Source: Chitinophaga pinensis | GTDB lineage: Bacteria > Bacteroidota > Bacteroidia > Cytophagales > Spirosomataceae | DNA length: 60,221 nt | Direction of reading: 5' to 3' | Assembly: GCA_943368675.1 (NCBI GenBank) | Contig: CALRLN020000001.1 | Location: 1-60,221, forward strand | Shown: piece by piece, positions 31,252-41,449 of the stretch | Position numbering within the stretch: the first letter of the stretch is position 1 | How the letters are laid out: each line of letters starts with the position of its first letter | Program-made: the position numbers and the translations under genes | The notes under the pieces: model-generated | What the model was told of the DNA's origin: nothing | Databases searched by the model: none | The model's input: the letters and a program-made list of their open reading frames with translations, nothing else

Positions 31252-33645
31252 ATGTCAAAATCATTGCTCGCAACTCTTGTATTTGTTTTTGTTTATTCTC
31301 TGACAATTGCACAGGTCAACCTCTCGGGAAAAGTAATTGATAGTATCAGTAAACAAGGTATTCCATTTATGAATGTTTCCTTGCTTTCAGCCCAGGATTC
31401 TACTTTGGTAAAGGGTAGCACAACCGATTCCACAGGCGCCTTTATTCTGCCGTCTGTGCAAAAAGGCAGTTATGTTCTGCTTTTTTCTTCCGTCGAATAT
31501 CAGAGGAAATATCAATCTGTAATAGTAGAAAATGAATCACAAAGGAGTTTAGACCTGAATGAGATACTCATGATTGCCACAAATCAACTATTGAATGAAG
31601 TAAATGTAAGGGCGGATAAAATACAGCTACAACAGACAGATGAAAAACTGATTGTAAATATTGCTGATAACAAACTCTTCAATACAGCCAGCAATGGCTT
31701 TGATATACTGAAGAAAATGCCCGGCATACAAATCAATAATGATGGGAGTCTTTCGATGGCAGGTGGGATAATTCCTACTATTTTTATAGATGGTAAACCT
31801 ATGCCTATGAGCGTGGAACAATTACAAAACTATCTGAATGGTCTTACACCTGAAATGATTGCTTCCATCGAAATTATCTCTAATCCATCAGGCAGATATG
31901 ATGCCGAGTATAAGGCAATTATTGACATCAGGCTTCAGCATGACAAGACTTTAGGCTGGATAGGCAATTATGCAGGCACTATACAGCAGGGCGTTTATGC
32001 GCTTTTCAATAATAATCTAACCATGACGTATAATACGTCAAAAGTGGCCTACACTGCACGGTTAGGGTATCTGTCAGGTGCTACGGTATATCGTTACCGG
32101 GCATTGCAGCATCAGGCTAATAATAATATTATGCGAACAGATACCTGGCAGAAAACCAATAATGATAATCTCAATGTACAGTTTGAGGCAGACTATCATT
32201 TAAGCAAAAATCATAATCTTGGATTGATATTGCGCACGACCCGCCTAAACCGAAAAGCGTGGGCTAATAATACATTACATTTTACCAACCCGGCAGACGA
32301 GATTGTGCTATCAAATATTCATAGTATGAATAACTATGTGCCTACTCAAAGTAATTATGGTGTTAATCTGAGTTATGATGCACATCTGGACAAAAATGAA
32401 CTGCATATATTGGGTGTTGTTTCCCAGGTAAATAACGGGCGGATGGAAGACATTCAGAATACCCAGACCCTTAACGGAGAATTACTCAATTACTGGAAAA
32501 CTGACTTAGTAAATAATATCTCTATCCGTTCTGTTCAAACCGATTTCATTAGTAATACCAACAACGGTAAATGGGAAATGGGTGCCAAGTTTGCGTTTAT
32601 TACTACAAAGAATAACCTTAGATATGATACGCTCAGTAAAGACAATGCTTTTGTGCTTGATCTGAGCAGAAGCAATAATTTTCATTATAATGAATATATA
32701 TCCGCAGCCTATATGGTGTATGGAAATAAATGGGATAAACTGAATTACAAACTAGGTTTACGGGCTGAACATACCAATAGCATTGCCAATGCGATTACGA
32801 GTAACCTGATTACGGAGCGGGATTACTTAAAATGGCTACCGAGTATTAACCTTTCCTATCCATTGCCAAATGAGCAGCAAATGACGGCTTCTTATACCCA
32901 CCGCATGACACGTCCCGGCTTTGAATCATTGAATCCTTTCCGATTCTATTTAAGTCCGTTAAACTACTGGGTGGGTAATCCTTATCTTTTGCCCTCAACT
33001 ACCAAACAGTTGAGCTTGACTTATACCAAAAAGAATTACTATATACTATTGAATGCAGGCAGAGAGGTTGACCCTATGGCTCGTTATCCTGAATACAATC
33101 GGGTAACGAATGTATTGGAGTATCTGGGAACAAATTTGCCCTATAATGATTTTGCTACACTGGAGGCCAATTTACCCTTAGCTATAAAAAAATGGTGGAG
33201 AATGAACCATAATCTTGGCCTGTATTATAAAAAAGAGCAAACGCCATATCATGGCGTCGTATATAAAATTCCGGTTACGAATTATATGATTAACGGAAGC
33301 CAGATTTTCACGCTCTCTAAAGATTTTACATTTGATATTTATTATTACTATGTATCTACCAGAGGGAATGGACTCTATATTTTTAAACCTATTTATTATG
33401 TAGATTTAGGTTTACAGAAAACGTGGTTAAAAGGTAAACTGAATACCAAACTTAATTTTTATGACGTTTTTAACACCAACTATCTGCAATTGATTTTCAG
33501 AGAAAAAAGTATCATAAACAATGAGTTTTCGCATTGGAACGGTAATCAGCGCGTGGTATTTTCATTGACCTATAACTTTGGAAAATCAGGCTATAAAATC
33601 AGACAGAATACAAGAAATGAGGAAGAAAGCCGTGTGAGCAATTAA
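31252..33645 (+). CDS. TonB-dependent receptor-like outer-membrane beta-barrel protein
   Basis: Carboxypeptidase-regulatory-like N-domain, plug (IEIISNPSGRYDAE), barrel with GNPYLLP and LTYNFG. Confidence 0.88.
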   Translation: MSKSLLATLVFVFVYSLTIAQVNLSGKVIDSISKQGIPFMNVSLLSAQDSTLVKGSTTDSTGAFILPSVQKGSYVLLFSSVEYQRKYQSVIVENESQRSLDLNEILMIATNQLLNEVNVRADKIQLQQTDEKLIVNIADNKLFNTASNGFDILKKMPGIQINNDGSLSMAGGIIPTIFIDGKPMPMSVEQLQNYLNGLTPEMIASIEIISNPSGRYDAEYKAIIDIRLQHDKTLGWIGNYAGTIQQGVYALFNNNLTMTYNTSKVAYTARLGYLSGATVYRYRALQHQANNNIMRTDTWQKTNNDNLNVQFEADYHLSKNHNLGLILRTTRLNRKAWANNTLHFTNPADEIVLSNIHSMNNYVPTQSNYGVNLSYDAHLDKNELHILGVVSQVNNGRMEDIQNTQTLNGELLNYWKTDLVNNISIRSVQTDFISNTNNGKWEMGAKFAFITTKNNLRYDTLSKDNAFVLDLSRSNNFHYNEYISAAYMVYGNKWDKLNYKLGLRAEHTNSIANAITSNLITERDYLKWLPSINLSYPLPNEQQMTASYTHRMTRPGFESLNPFRFYLSPLNYWVGNPYLLPSTTKQLSLTYTKKNYYILLNAGREVDPMARYPEYNRVTNVLEYLGTNLPYNDFATLEANLPLAIKKWWRMNHNLGLYYKKEQTPYHGVVYKIPVTNYMINGSQIFTLSKDFTFDIYYYYVSTRGNGLYIFKPIYYVDLGLQKTWLKGKLNTKLNFYDVFNTNYLQLIFREKSIINNEFSHWNGNQRVVFSLTYNFGKSGYKIRQNTRNEEESRVSN

Positions 33646-33652
33646 TGCACTG

Positions 33653-34534
33653 TCATTTTGCCGGCTTTAAAAACGGGTAGAGAACCACAGATAGTAATAT
33701 CAGTACACCACCTATATAAAAACCGGTAGTCATGCGTTCTTTTTCACCAAAGATAAAATAAGCCAGCAGGATTCCATAAATAGGCTCCATATTGATAGAA
33801 AGGTTGAGCGTAAAAGCAGATATTTTTTTCAGCAGCTTCACCATTTCGTTGTATGGATATACTGTGCAGACCAATCCTAAAATAGCTATCCATATCCAGT
33901 CAGTAAGGCTTGGTATCAATTGAAAATCAGTATCGGGCGCTGCATAGATTATGATAGGAATAAATACGCAGGAGGATATAAATGCACCTGCCATTTCGTA
34001 GAATGTGATGGTTTGTGCCTCATACTTATAGGTCAGTTGCGCATTGATAACCGAAAAAATGGTAGCCAGAAAAGCGGCTATGATACCGATGATAATCCCG
34101 GTAAGGTATTTATATTCAAACTTAAATACAAAGTACATTCCTGCCACTACCAATACCCCCAGTAAAACCTCAATATAACTGATTTTCGTTTTTTTAACGA
34201 TAGGCTCCAGAATACTCGTAAAAAAAGAAGTAATCGAAAAAGTTACGAGACTTATAGCAATGGTAGAAGCCCGTGCCGAGCCAAAGAAACACATCCAGTG
34301 CAAAGATATGATTGCCCCTACTCCTAATAATGGTAAACTTTCTTTAAAAGGAATCAGGATATTCTTCTTCTGAATCTTTGCTACTATATACATCCCCACA
34401 GAAGCCAGAAAGGTGCGATACAATACCACTCCTAAAGCTGATACATCAGTCAGGCGCCCGAGTATGGCCGTAAAACCTAAAATGATAACAATCAGATGTA
34501 GCTTCAGGTAATCTTGTGGTGATGCTTTGGTCAT
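33653..34534 (-). CDS. DMT/EamA family transporter
   Basis: About 10 TM helices in two repeats, NMEPIYGI motif. Confidence 0.9.
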   Translation of the reverse strand: MTKASPQDYLKLHLIVIILGFTAILGRLTDVSALGVVLYRTFLASVGMYIVAKIQKKNILIPFKESLPLLGVGAIISLHWMCFFGSARASTIAISLVTFSITSFFTSILEPIVKKTKISYIEVLLGVLVVAGMYFVFKFEYKYLTGIIIGIIAAFLATIFSVINAQLTYKYEAQTITFYEMAGAFISSCVFIPIIIYAAPDTDFQLIPSLTDWIWIAILGLVCTVYPYNEMVKLLKKISAFTLNLSINMEPIYGILLAYFIFGEKERMTTGFYIGGVLILLSVVLYPFLKPAK

Positions 34535-34734
34535 GTTTTTATCGGCTCCAGGGAAGTTCAGATATAGGCTTTACGAATAGCCAAAGGTAGTGAGATTCTT
34601 AATAATAATAATTGCCATCGGCCTGTCTTATTTTATAGAAAGATCTGAATACGTTTTCAAGCCATGATTTAAAAATAGTTATACAAACATTTCTTCCCGT
34701 TTATGTGTTGTAAGACTACCAAATTGAAAGAAAC

Positions 34735-35637
34735 GTGAATATTTTAATTACCGGTGGTACCGGACTCATTGGTCAGCATCTGACAAAAATCCTGTTGAAA
34801 AATGGACATACGGTTTCTTATTTAAGCCGTAAAAAAGAAGATATTCCCGGGGTAAAAGTATATCTATGGGATATTGAGAAAGGATTCATAGAGGATGAAG
34901 CCTTAAAAAACATCGACGCTATTATACATCTGGCAGGTGCCGGAATTGCAGACAAACGATGGACGGACAAGCGTAAGCAGGAAATTATAGATTCCCGTAT
35001 CAGACCCATTCAATTACTTAATCAACATTTACAGGTACAAAAAATCAGACTTAAAGCTTTTATTTCAGCCTCGGGTATAGGTTATTACGGTGGCGATACA
35101 GGTGAAACTAGATTAGATGAGAATAGCCCTGCGGGTAATGATTTTCTTGCTACCTGCACTAAAATATGGGAAGCCGAAACAGAAAAATTCACGCAGGCCG
35201 AAAGAGTTGTAAGTCTCCGTACCGGAGTTGTATTAAGTGAAAAAGGCGGCGCTCTGGTTAAACTGATACAGCCCATTAAATTAGGTGTGGGGTCACCTCT
35301 GGGCAGTGGGAAACAGTGGATGTCGTGGATACATATTGATGATATGTGCGCATTATATTTACAAGCCGTTGAAGACGAAAAAATGCGTGGCACTTATAAT
35401 GCTGTTGCGCCAGCGCCTGTCCGCAATGAAGAAATGACCAGCACCGCAGCTCAGGTATTGAAACGCCCGCTATGGTTACCCAATGTCCCGGCTTTTGTAC
35501 TGAAAATGCTATTTGGTGAATTAGCCATTGTCGTTTTAGGTGGAAATTACGTAAAAAACAAAAGGGTATCTGAAGAACTATCTTTTTCCTATAAATTCCC
35601 TACGCTAAAAGAGGCTTTAGAAGATCTGCTTAAGTAA
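34735..35637 (+). CDS. TIGR01777-family NAD-dependent epimerase/oxidoreductase
   Basis: ITGGTGLIG, HLAGAGI, SASGIGYYG and GSGKQWMSWIHIDD motifs. Confidence 0.93.
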   Translation: MNILITGGTGLIGQHLTKILLKNGHTVSYLSRKKEDIPGVKVYLWDIEKGFIEDEALKNIDAIIHLAGAGIADKRWTDKRKQEIIDSRIRPIQLLNQHLQVQKIRLKAFISASGIGYYGGDTGETRLDENSPAGNDFLATCTKIWEAETEKFTQAERVVSLRTGVVLSEKGGALVKLIQPIKLGVGSPLGSGKQWMSWIHIDDMCALYLQAVEDEKMRGTYNAVAPAPVRNEEMTSTAAQVLKRPLWLPNVPAFVLKMLFGELAIVVLGGNYVKNKRVSEELSFSYKFPTLKEALEDLLK

Positions 35638-35701
35638 TATTTTTTTTCTCAGAACCCAATTATAAAATTTACTACCTTGCGCCAAATTTATTATTTATAC
35701 T

Positions 35702-36091
35702 ATGCCCTCTATCTTTTCAAAAATAGTAGCAGGAGATATTCCGGCTCATAAAATTGCCGAAACCGACCAGTATCTGGCGTTTCTTGATGTTTTTCCTTGC
35801 GCTGTAGGCCACACATTAGTGATACCCAAAAAGGAAATAGACTATATTTTCGATTTAGATGATGAGCTCTATACAGGCTTAATGCAGTTTGCAAAAAAAA
35901 TAGAACCAGCTATCAGAAAAGCCGTGCCATGTAAACGAATTGGGGTAGCTGTAATTGGTTTGGAAGTACCTCATGCACACGTACATCTGATACCCATGAA
36001 CAGCATGAGCGATATGAATTTTAATAATAAACTTAAACTTTCTCAGGAGGAACTGGCTAAAACTGCTGCAAAAATCAGGAGTTTTTTATAA
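35702..36091 (+). CDS. HIT family protein
   Basis: HAHVHLIP histidine triad. Confidence 0.95.
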   Translation: MPSIFSKIVAGDIPAHKIAETDQYLAFLDVFPCAVGHTLVIPKKEIDYIFDLDDELYTGLMQFAKKIEPAIRKAVPCKRIGVAVIGLEVPHAHVHLIPMNSMSDMNFNNKLKLSQEELAKTAAKIRSFL

Positions 36092-36095
36092 GTAT

Positions 36096-36380
36096 ATGGA
36101 AATAGCTTATGCAATCATTATCTGTATTTTGCCGCTCTTTTTATCGGTCAGATGTATTTATTTGGTAAGAAAGAATCTGAAGATCTCCGGATTTATGAAG
36201 AGCATTATAACTGCTATTCTCTGTGGAATCATCATTGTTTCTCTCAGTGTAGGTATCCATCATTTTATGACTGACGGTATAGCTGAAAAATCAAATATGA
36301 GTATGGGGGTTCTTACCACTGTACAAGGCATTATGTCGGGGGTGGTATTTCTTGTTACAAAATTTTTAAATAAAATATAA
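36096..36380 (+). CDS. Small hypothetical membrane protein
   Basis: 94 aa, 3 hydrophobic segments, starts 4 nt after the HIT stop. Confidence 0.65.
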   Translation: MEIAYAIIICILPLFLSVRCIYLVRKNLKISGFMKSIITAILCGIIIVSLSVGIHHFMTDGIAEKSNMSMGVLTTVQGIMSGVVFLVTKFLNKI

Positions 36381-36413
36381 GTGTTTTGCCTCTTTAGACA
36401 AGAGGCAAAACAC
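36381..36413. terminator. Bidirectional hairpin terminator
   Basis: GTGTTTTGCCTCTT/AAGAGGCAAAACAC perfect 14-bp stem between convergent genes. Confidence 0.75.
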
Positions 36414-36422
36414 CTGAAAGGT

Positions 36423-37058
36423 TTAGCTGCCCAGATAATAAATTTCCTGTATATCTTTCAGTAATTTGTCAAAATCAAGTTTCAGGTCAATCAACTTTCC
36501 GTTTTTAATATCAAAAACCCATCCGTGAACGGTCGGAAATCCTTTTTTCGAATATTCCTGCTGTACACTCGCCAGTTTGATTACATTGATGCATTGTTCC
36601 TGTACATTCAGTTCAACCAGGCGGTCATAGCGTTGCCCTTCGTCTTCAATGGCATTCAATTCATCTTTATGCAGTCTGTATACATCCCTTATATTCCGTA
36701 ACCACGGGTTCAGAATACCCATATCTACAGGCTGCATGGCGGCTTTTACCCCACCGCAATTGTAGTGGCCGCAAACGACCACGTGCTTTACACCCAGATA
36801 CCGCACAGCATAATTAATCACCGACATCACATTCAGATCAGTTGCATTAACCAGATTGGCTATATTGCGGTGTACAAAAACCTCACCGGGGCCTGCCCCC
36901 ATAAGGTCTTCAGCTGTGACTCGGCTATCACTACAACCGATATACAGGTAGTCAGGACGCTGCTCTTTTACCAGATTCTCAAAAAAATCCTTGTCAGTTC
37001 TTTTTTTTTCGTTCAACCAGTTCAGGTTGTTTTCAAATACTTGTTCGTACGTAGGCAT
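36423..37058 (-). CDS. can: Beta-class carbonic anhydrase
   Basis: IGCSDSRV, HRNIAN and CGHYNCGG zinc-ligand motifs. Confidence 0.95.
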   Translation of the reverse strand: MPTYEQVFENNLNWLNEKKRTDKDFFENLVKEQRPDYLYIGCSDSRVTAEDLMGAGPGEVFVHRNIANLVNATDLNVMSVINYAVRYLGVKHVVVCGHYNCGGVKAAMQPVDMGILNPWLRNIRDVYRLHKDELNAIEDEGQRYDRLVELNVQEQCINVIKLASVQQEYSKKGFPTVHGWVFDIKNGKLIDLKLDFDKLLKDIQEIYYLGS

Positions 37059-37153
37059 AGTATTTTATTCAAAAAAGTTGTAAAAATGTTTATTCAAAAG
37101 TTGACGCCCTTATTTATTAGTAAAAAAACGGTTTAAAACTAAAAATAATAAGA

Positions 37154-38140
37154 TTACTTCAGCTTCTCTTTTAAATCTTCAAATTCTTTCTTTAATGGGG
37201 CATTCTGATAGAGAATCTGATAAGCGAAGTTGGTGATAGGTATATCAATATCATAGCTCTTGAGCATTTCGTAAATGCTCTTTACCGCATAATAACCCTC
37301 GGCAACCATGTTCATTTCCAGTTGTGCTGCTCTTACGTTATAGCCACGCCCTATCATGTTTCCGAAAGTACGATTACGACTGAATTGAGAATAAGCAGTT
37401 ACCAGTAAATCTCCCAGGTATGCCGATGCACTAAGGTCTCTTTTAATTGGGGCTATCACATCTACCACCCGACAGATTTCCTGCATGGCATTTGATACCA
37501 TCACTGCCTGAAAATTGTCTCCTCCACCTAGTCCATGCGTAATACCACAGGCCAGAGCTACAATATTTTTCATTACGGCGGCATATTCTACCCCATATAA
37601 ATCACCAAGTGCCGAAGCACTCACAAAACGACATCGCATTAAATCAGCAAAGCTATTGGCCAGTGTGAGGTTTGGAGAGGCTATTGTGAGATATGAATGT
37701 TTCTCCAGGGCTACTTCTTCTGCATGGCATGGCCCGGCAATAACACCTATATTGTGCGCAGGGACATCAAATGTTTGCTCAATCCAATCAGTTACTAACT
37801 GATTAGTACTTGGAATCATCCCTTTAATGGCTGATATAATCTTTTTGCCTTGCAAATGGCTTTTATTGATTGTCTTTAGGGCATCGGCAAGAAAAGCTGC
37901 CGGAACAGCCAATACTACCCACTCGGTATCGCGCAGGGCCTCTTTTAAATTGGTATAAGGCTTTACCTTTGACGGGTGAATCTCTACGCTGCTCAGATAG
38001 TTTTTATTATGGTGGAGCCTCTTTATATGCTCTACGTCTTCACTGTTCCGCATCCACCATTTGATATGCACATTGCCTTCGCTCAGAATCTTAACAATAG
38101 CTGTTGCCCAACTTCCACCACCTATAATCGTTATTTTCAT
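37154..38140 (-). CDS. gpsA: NAD(P)H-dependent glycerol-3-phosphate dehydrogenase
   Basis: GGGSWATA, GPCHAEEV, KNIVALACG, GDLLVT and SRNR motifs. Confidence 0.95.
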   Translation of the reverse strand: MKITIIGGGSWATAIVKILSEGNVHIKWWMRNSEDVEHIKRLHHNKNYLSSVEIHPSKVKPYTNLKEALRDTEWVVLAVPAAFLADALKTINKSHLQGKKIISAIKGMIPSTNQLVTDWIEQTFDVPAHNIGVIAGPCHAEEVALEKHSYLTIASPNLTLANSFADLMRCRFVSASALGDLYGVEYAAVMKNIVALACGITHGLGGGDNFQAVMVSNAMQEICRVVDVIAPIKRDLSASAYLGDLLVTAYSQFSRNRTFGNMIGRGYNVRAAQLEMNMVAEGYYAVKSIYEMLKSYDIDIPITNFAYQILYQNAPLKKEFEDLKEKLK

Positions 38141-38261
38141 GCTTTTATTCTCAAAGGGTTTTTATTGCTGATTTAAGTTCATGACGCTAAATAAGCCAAA
38201 AGCCCTGAAAAAACAAAAAGACCACCTTTCAGCAGTCTTGTTGTCAGTAATATTCTTTCAA

Positions 38262-39668
38262 TTAGTCTTTTTTCTTGCCTTTACCCTTGTCTTCAACTTT
38301 TTTGGTAACCAAATCACCATCTTTCAGTTTTTTCGAGACAGCAATAAATGGCCCTGATACTATCTCTTCTCCTTCTTTCAGCCCTTCTTTAATTTCAATA
38401 GTCCCGGCGGCAGTGTCAGTAATTCCTGTTTTCACTTCACGCAATTTCACCTTGCTATCCTTATCTGCTACAAAGACAACCTCTTTAGGTGCATCCTTTT
38501 TCTTAGGTTTTGCAGGCTCGTTAGTGCTTTGATTATCACTTGGCGGGCCTTCTTGCTCTTTTTTCTCTTCGGTTGCGTTAGGGTCGCGCGTTGTTACAGC
38601 AGCAATAGGTACACTTAATACTTTCTCTTTCTTCTCTGTAATAATATCAACTGTAGCAGTCATACCCGGTTTAAAAGGATATACCTTTTTAGCTTTTCTG
38701 TCTATCAGATCACGATACGATTCAGGCAATATTCTGATTCTTACTTCAAATTCGGTTACGGCATCGGTAGCCGCTGAAGCAGCTGCTAAAGTTCCGCCGG
38801 ACCCATTGGCCGTATTGGCAATCTGTGTTACAATACCCTTAAATTTCTTGCCGGTAAGTGTATACGAGTCTACATCTATATTAGCAGTATCGCCCAGGCT
38901 TACCCTCACAATATCGTTTTCGTTTACGTTGATTCTTACCTCCATATTATTCAGGTTAGCAATGCGAAGCATCTCGGTACCTGCCATTTGTGAAGTACCC
39001 ACAACTCTTTCTCCTAACTCTACAGCCAGTTTTGATACAATACCATTCATAGGTGCATAAATACTGGTTTTACGCAAGTTTTCAGAAGCATCTTTCAAGC
39101 CCGCTTCTGCACTTCTGATATTATAAGTAGAGGCCTCCAGATTAGATTTTGAAGCGGCAACATCCTGTTTGGCCACTTTCAGATTGGTTTCAGCAATTTC
39201 CAGATCAGAAGCCGAAATTACTTTATCATCAAATAGTCTTTTCTGACGGTCATATTCGGCCTGTGCCCTTATCTGGCGGGCTTCTGCCTGTGCAATAGTC
39301 GATCTGGCCTGCTCAGCACTGGCTTTTGACTGATTCACCATGGCTTCGGCGCGCTGTGTAACAGAGATATAGTTTTCAGGTTGAACCTTCAATAAAAGTT
39401 GTCCTTTTTTTACAGAGTCACCCTCTTTCACGTATAAGCCGATAATTTCACCGGGTACGTCAGGCGTGATTTTTACTTCAACTTCAGGCTGGATTTTACC
39501 CGATGCCGAAACTGTTTCAATAATATCTGTTTTTCCTACTTTTACAAATTCAACTTCGGTAGGTTTTTCTTTACCTATCCAGCCTGCCGATTTTGCAACT
39601 AACAGGAATATTACAAGTAGGGCTACTACACCGCCCAAAATCCACCAGATTCTATTTGATTTTTTCAT
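38262..39668 (-). CDS. Efflux periplasmic adaptor subunit (MacA/HlyD-like)
   Basis: N-terminal anchor, lipoyl halves (VKEGDSVKKGQLL, IYAPMNGIV), alpha-hairpin, KPGMTA. Confidence 0.92.
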   Translation of the reverse strand: MKKSNRIWWILGGVVALLVIFLLVAKSAGWIGKEKPTEVEFVKVGKTDIIETVSASGKIQPEVEVKITPDVPGEIIGLYVKEGDSVKKGQLLLKVQPENYISVTQRAEAMVNQSKASAEQARSTIAQAEARQIRAQAEYDRQKRLFDDKVISASDLEIAETNLKVAKQDVAASKSNLEASTYNIRSAEAGLKDASENLRKTSIYAPMNGIVSKLAVELGERVVGTSQMAGTEMLRIANLNNMEVRINVNENDIVRVSLGDTANIDVDSYTLTGKKFKGIVTQIANTANGSGGTLAAASAATDAVTEFEVRIRILPESYRDLIDRKAKKVYPFKPGMTATVDIITEKKEKVLSVPIAAVTTRDPNATEEKKEQEGPPSDNQSTNEPAKPKKKDAPKEVVFVADKDSKVKLREVKTGITDTAAGTIEIKEGLKEGEEIVSGPFIAVSKKLKDGDLVTKKVEDKGKGKKKD

Positions 39669-39741
39669 TGAGAAAATAAATTTGCGTACAATTAGTAATA
39701 AGGTAAGTATTTAAATCTCTGGCCGTCAAAAGGTGAAAGGC

Positions 39742-41223
39742 TTAGAAATTAAGTGGTTTATTCTGATAATAATCTAAAATCTTGATTCTGAAAATATAAT
39801 CATATTTTGCCTGAATCTGGTTTACTCTGGCACGATCCAGATTGCTTTTCGAAATGCTGTAATCTAAGGAGTTCAGAGAGCCTACATTAAATTTAGATTC
39901 AGCCGCTCTGTAAGATTCTTCAAGTGCACGAACCTGATTACCTAAAGCTGAATATTTTTTGGCCGAATTACTCATATTTACATAAGCTGTTTCAATATCC
40001 TGACGCAAACGCAAACGTACATTCTCTGCTTGTACTTCTGCCTGTTTTTGCTGAATTGTGGCACCTGTAGTACGGAATTTAGCATTATACCCATTAAAAA
40101 TAGGTATTCTTGCACTTATACCTGCTGAAAGATTAACGTTTCCGCCTAACTGACGGAAGTAACCTATTTTCTCAGTGGTGCTCGAAGTGGTTGGTAATAC
40201 GGCAATAACAGGATAGCGTACACCTGCTACATTTACATATCCTGCTTCCTGCTCAATTATTTTTTGTGTTACCAATACTTTTTCGGCTGCGGTTGTAGAG
40301 TTGGTATTGGCATTTGCAAAAGCTGATATCACCGGATACCTTAAGCCTTTGGCAATATCTACTGCTTTCTGGGCAGCCTTTACCCGCATATCAGCCGCCT
40401 GAACGTCCGCCAGAAAACTCTGCGCTACTTCATATACTTCGGCAGGAGAATTTGGATATGGTTGGATATTCGGGTTTGGCACCTCTATTCTTACTACATC
40501 TATATTTCTTTCGGCGGACAAATTCAACAATTGTTTCAGGGTTAATTTAGCTGATAAAATAGCATTTTCGGCGTTTACTACCTGAACTTCATCGTTGGCT
40601 AACTGTGCCTGAATATCAAACAGATTGGTTTCAGGAACCGACCCTGCATTAACCAGCTTCTGTGTACGTTCTAATTGTATTCTGGATACATCTAATTGTC
40701 TTTGTGAAACAGCCAGGAGGTCTTCTTGCGAAAGTATGTTCAGGTAAGCCACTACTACGTTCAGCGTTATCGTATTCTTCATAGCCTGCAAATCCAGTTT
40801 AGCTATTTCTAGGTTAGTAGCATTGAGTGCTATATTATTGCGGGTCTGATAACCATCAAAAATAGTTACTCCTGATGAGAGCCCGAAACCATTAGAACCT
40901 ACGGTATTTGTTATAATACCATTGGTGTAGGGGTTGATGTTACGACCTGAAAACAGATTCAGGTTGGCGCTTCCATTAAGATTGGGGTATCTGGCCCATT
41001 TAGAAGCATCGAGTGTATTCAGGCTGTTTTCAACTGCCAGGCCACTTTGTTTAACTGAAAGATTATTCTTCAAGGCTGCATCAACGGCCTCTTGTAAACC
41101 AATCTTTTCTACTGGTGAGTTATTACTACTCGTAGTAACGGCAGGCGATTGCTGAGCCTGAACGAAAACATTTACAAGTAATAGCAGCGGTAGTGTAGGT
41201 AATAAGGTTTTAGCAAATTTCAT
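39742..41223 (-). CDS. TolC family outer-membrane efflux protein
   Basis: Signal peptide, two OEP repeats, IPIFNG motif. Confidence 0.92.
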   Translation of the reverse strand: MKFAKTLLPTLPLLLLVNVFVQAQQSPAVTTSSNNSPVEKIGLQEAVDAALKNNLSVKQSGLAVENSLNTLDASKWARYPNLNGSANLNLFSGRNINPYTNGIITNTVGSNGFGLSSGVTIFDGYQTRNNIALNATNLEIAKLDLQAMKNTITLNVVVAYLNILSQEDLLAVSQRQLDVSRIQLERTQKLVNAGSVPETNLFDIQAQLANDEVQVVNAENAILSAKLTLKQLLNLSAERNIDVVRIEVPNPNIQPYPNSPAEVYEVAQSFLADVQAADMRVKAAQKAVDIAKGLRYPVISAFANANTNSTTAAEKVLVTQKIIEQEAGYVNVAGVRYPVIAVLPTTSSTTEKIGYFRQLGGNVNLSAGISARIPIFNGYNAKFRTTGATIQQKQAEVQAENVRLRLRQDIETAYVNMSNSAKKYSALGNQVRALEESYRAAESKFNVGSLNSLDYSISKSNLDRARVNQIQAKYDYIFRIKILDYYQNKPLNF

Positions 41224-41449
41224 GAGGGAAAATTTTTTTCATTACTTATGAACCAATTCGATGAAACTTATAAGGCTTTATACGAGTTTTGATAGGACAA
41301 TCTTACGAAACAATCTGCTATACCTGCCACAAGAAATGGATAAACGGTTTGATTGAAGTTTAGACTTAACACTTTAGGGTTTGAACTTCTTGAAAAATAG
41401 CTTTAAGTTTGAAGTATATTTCATTATGTGGTTAAACAAAGGGTTGAAA

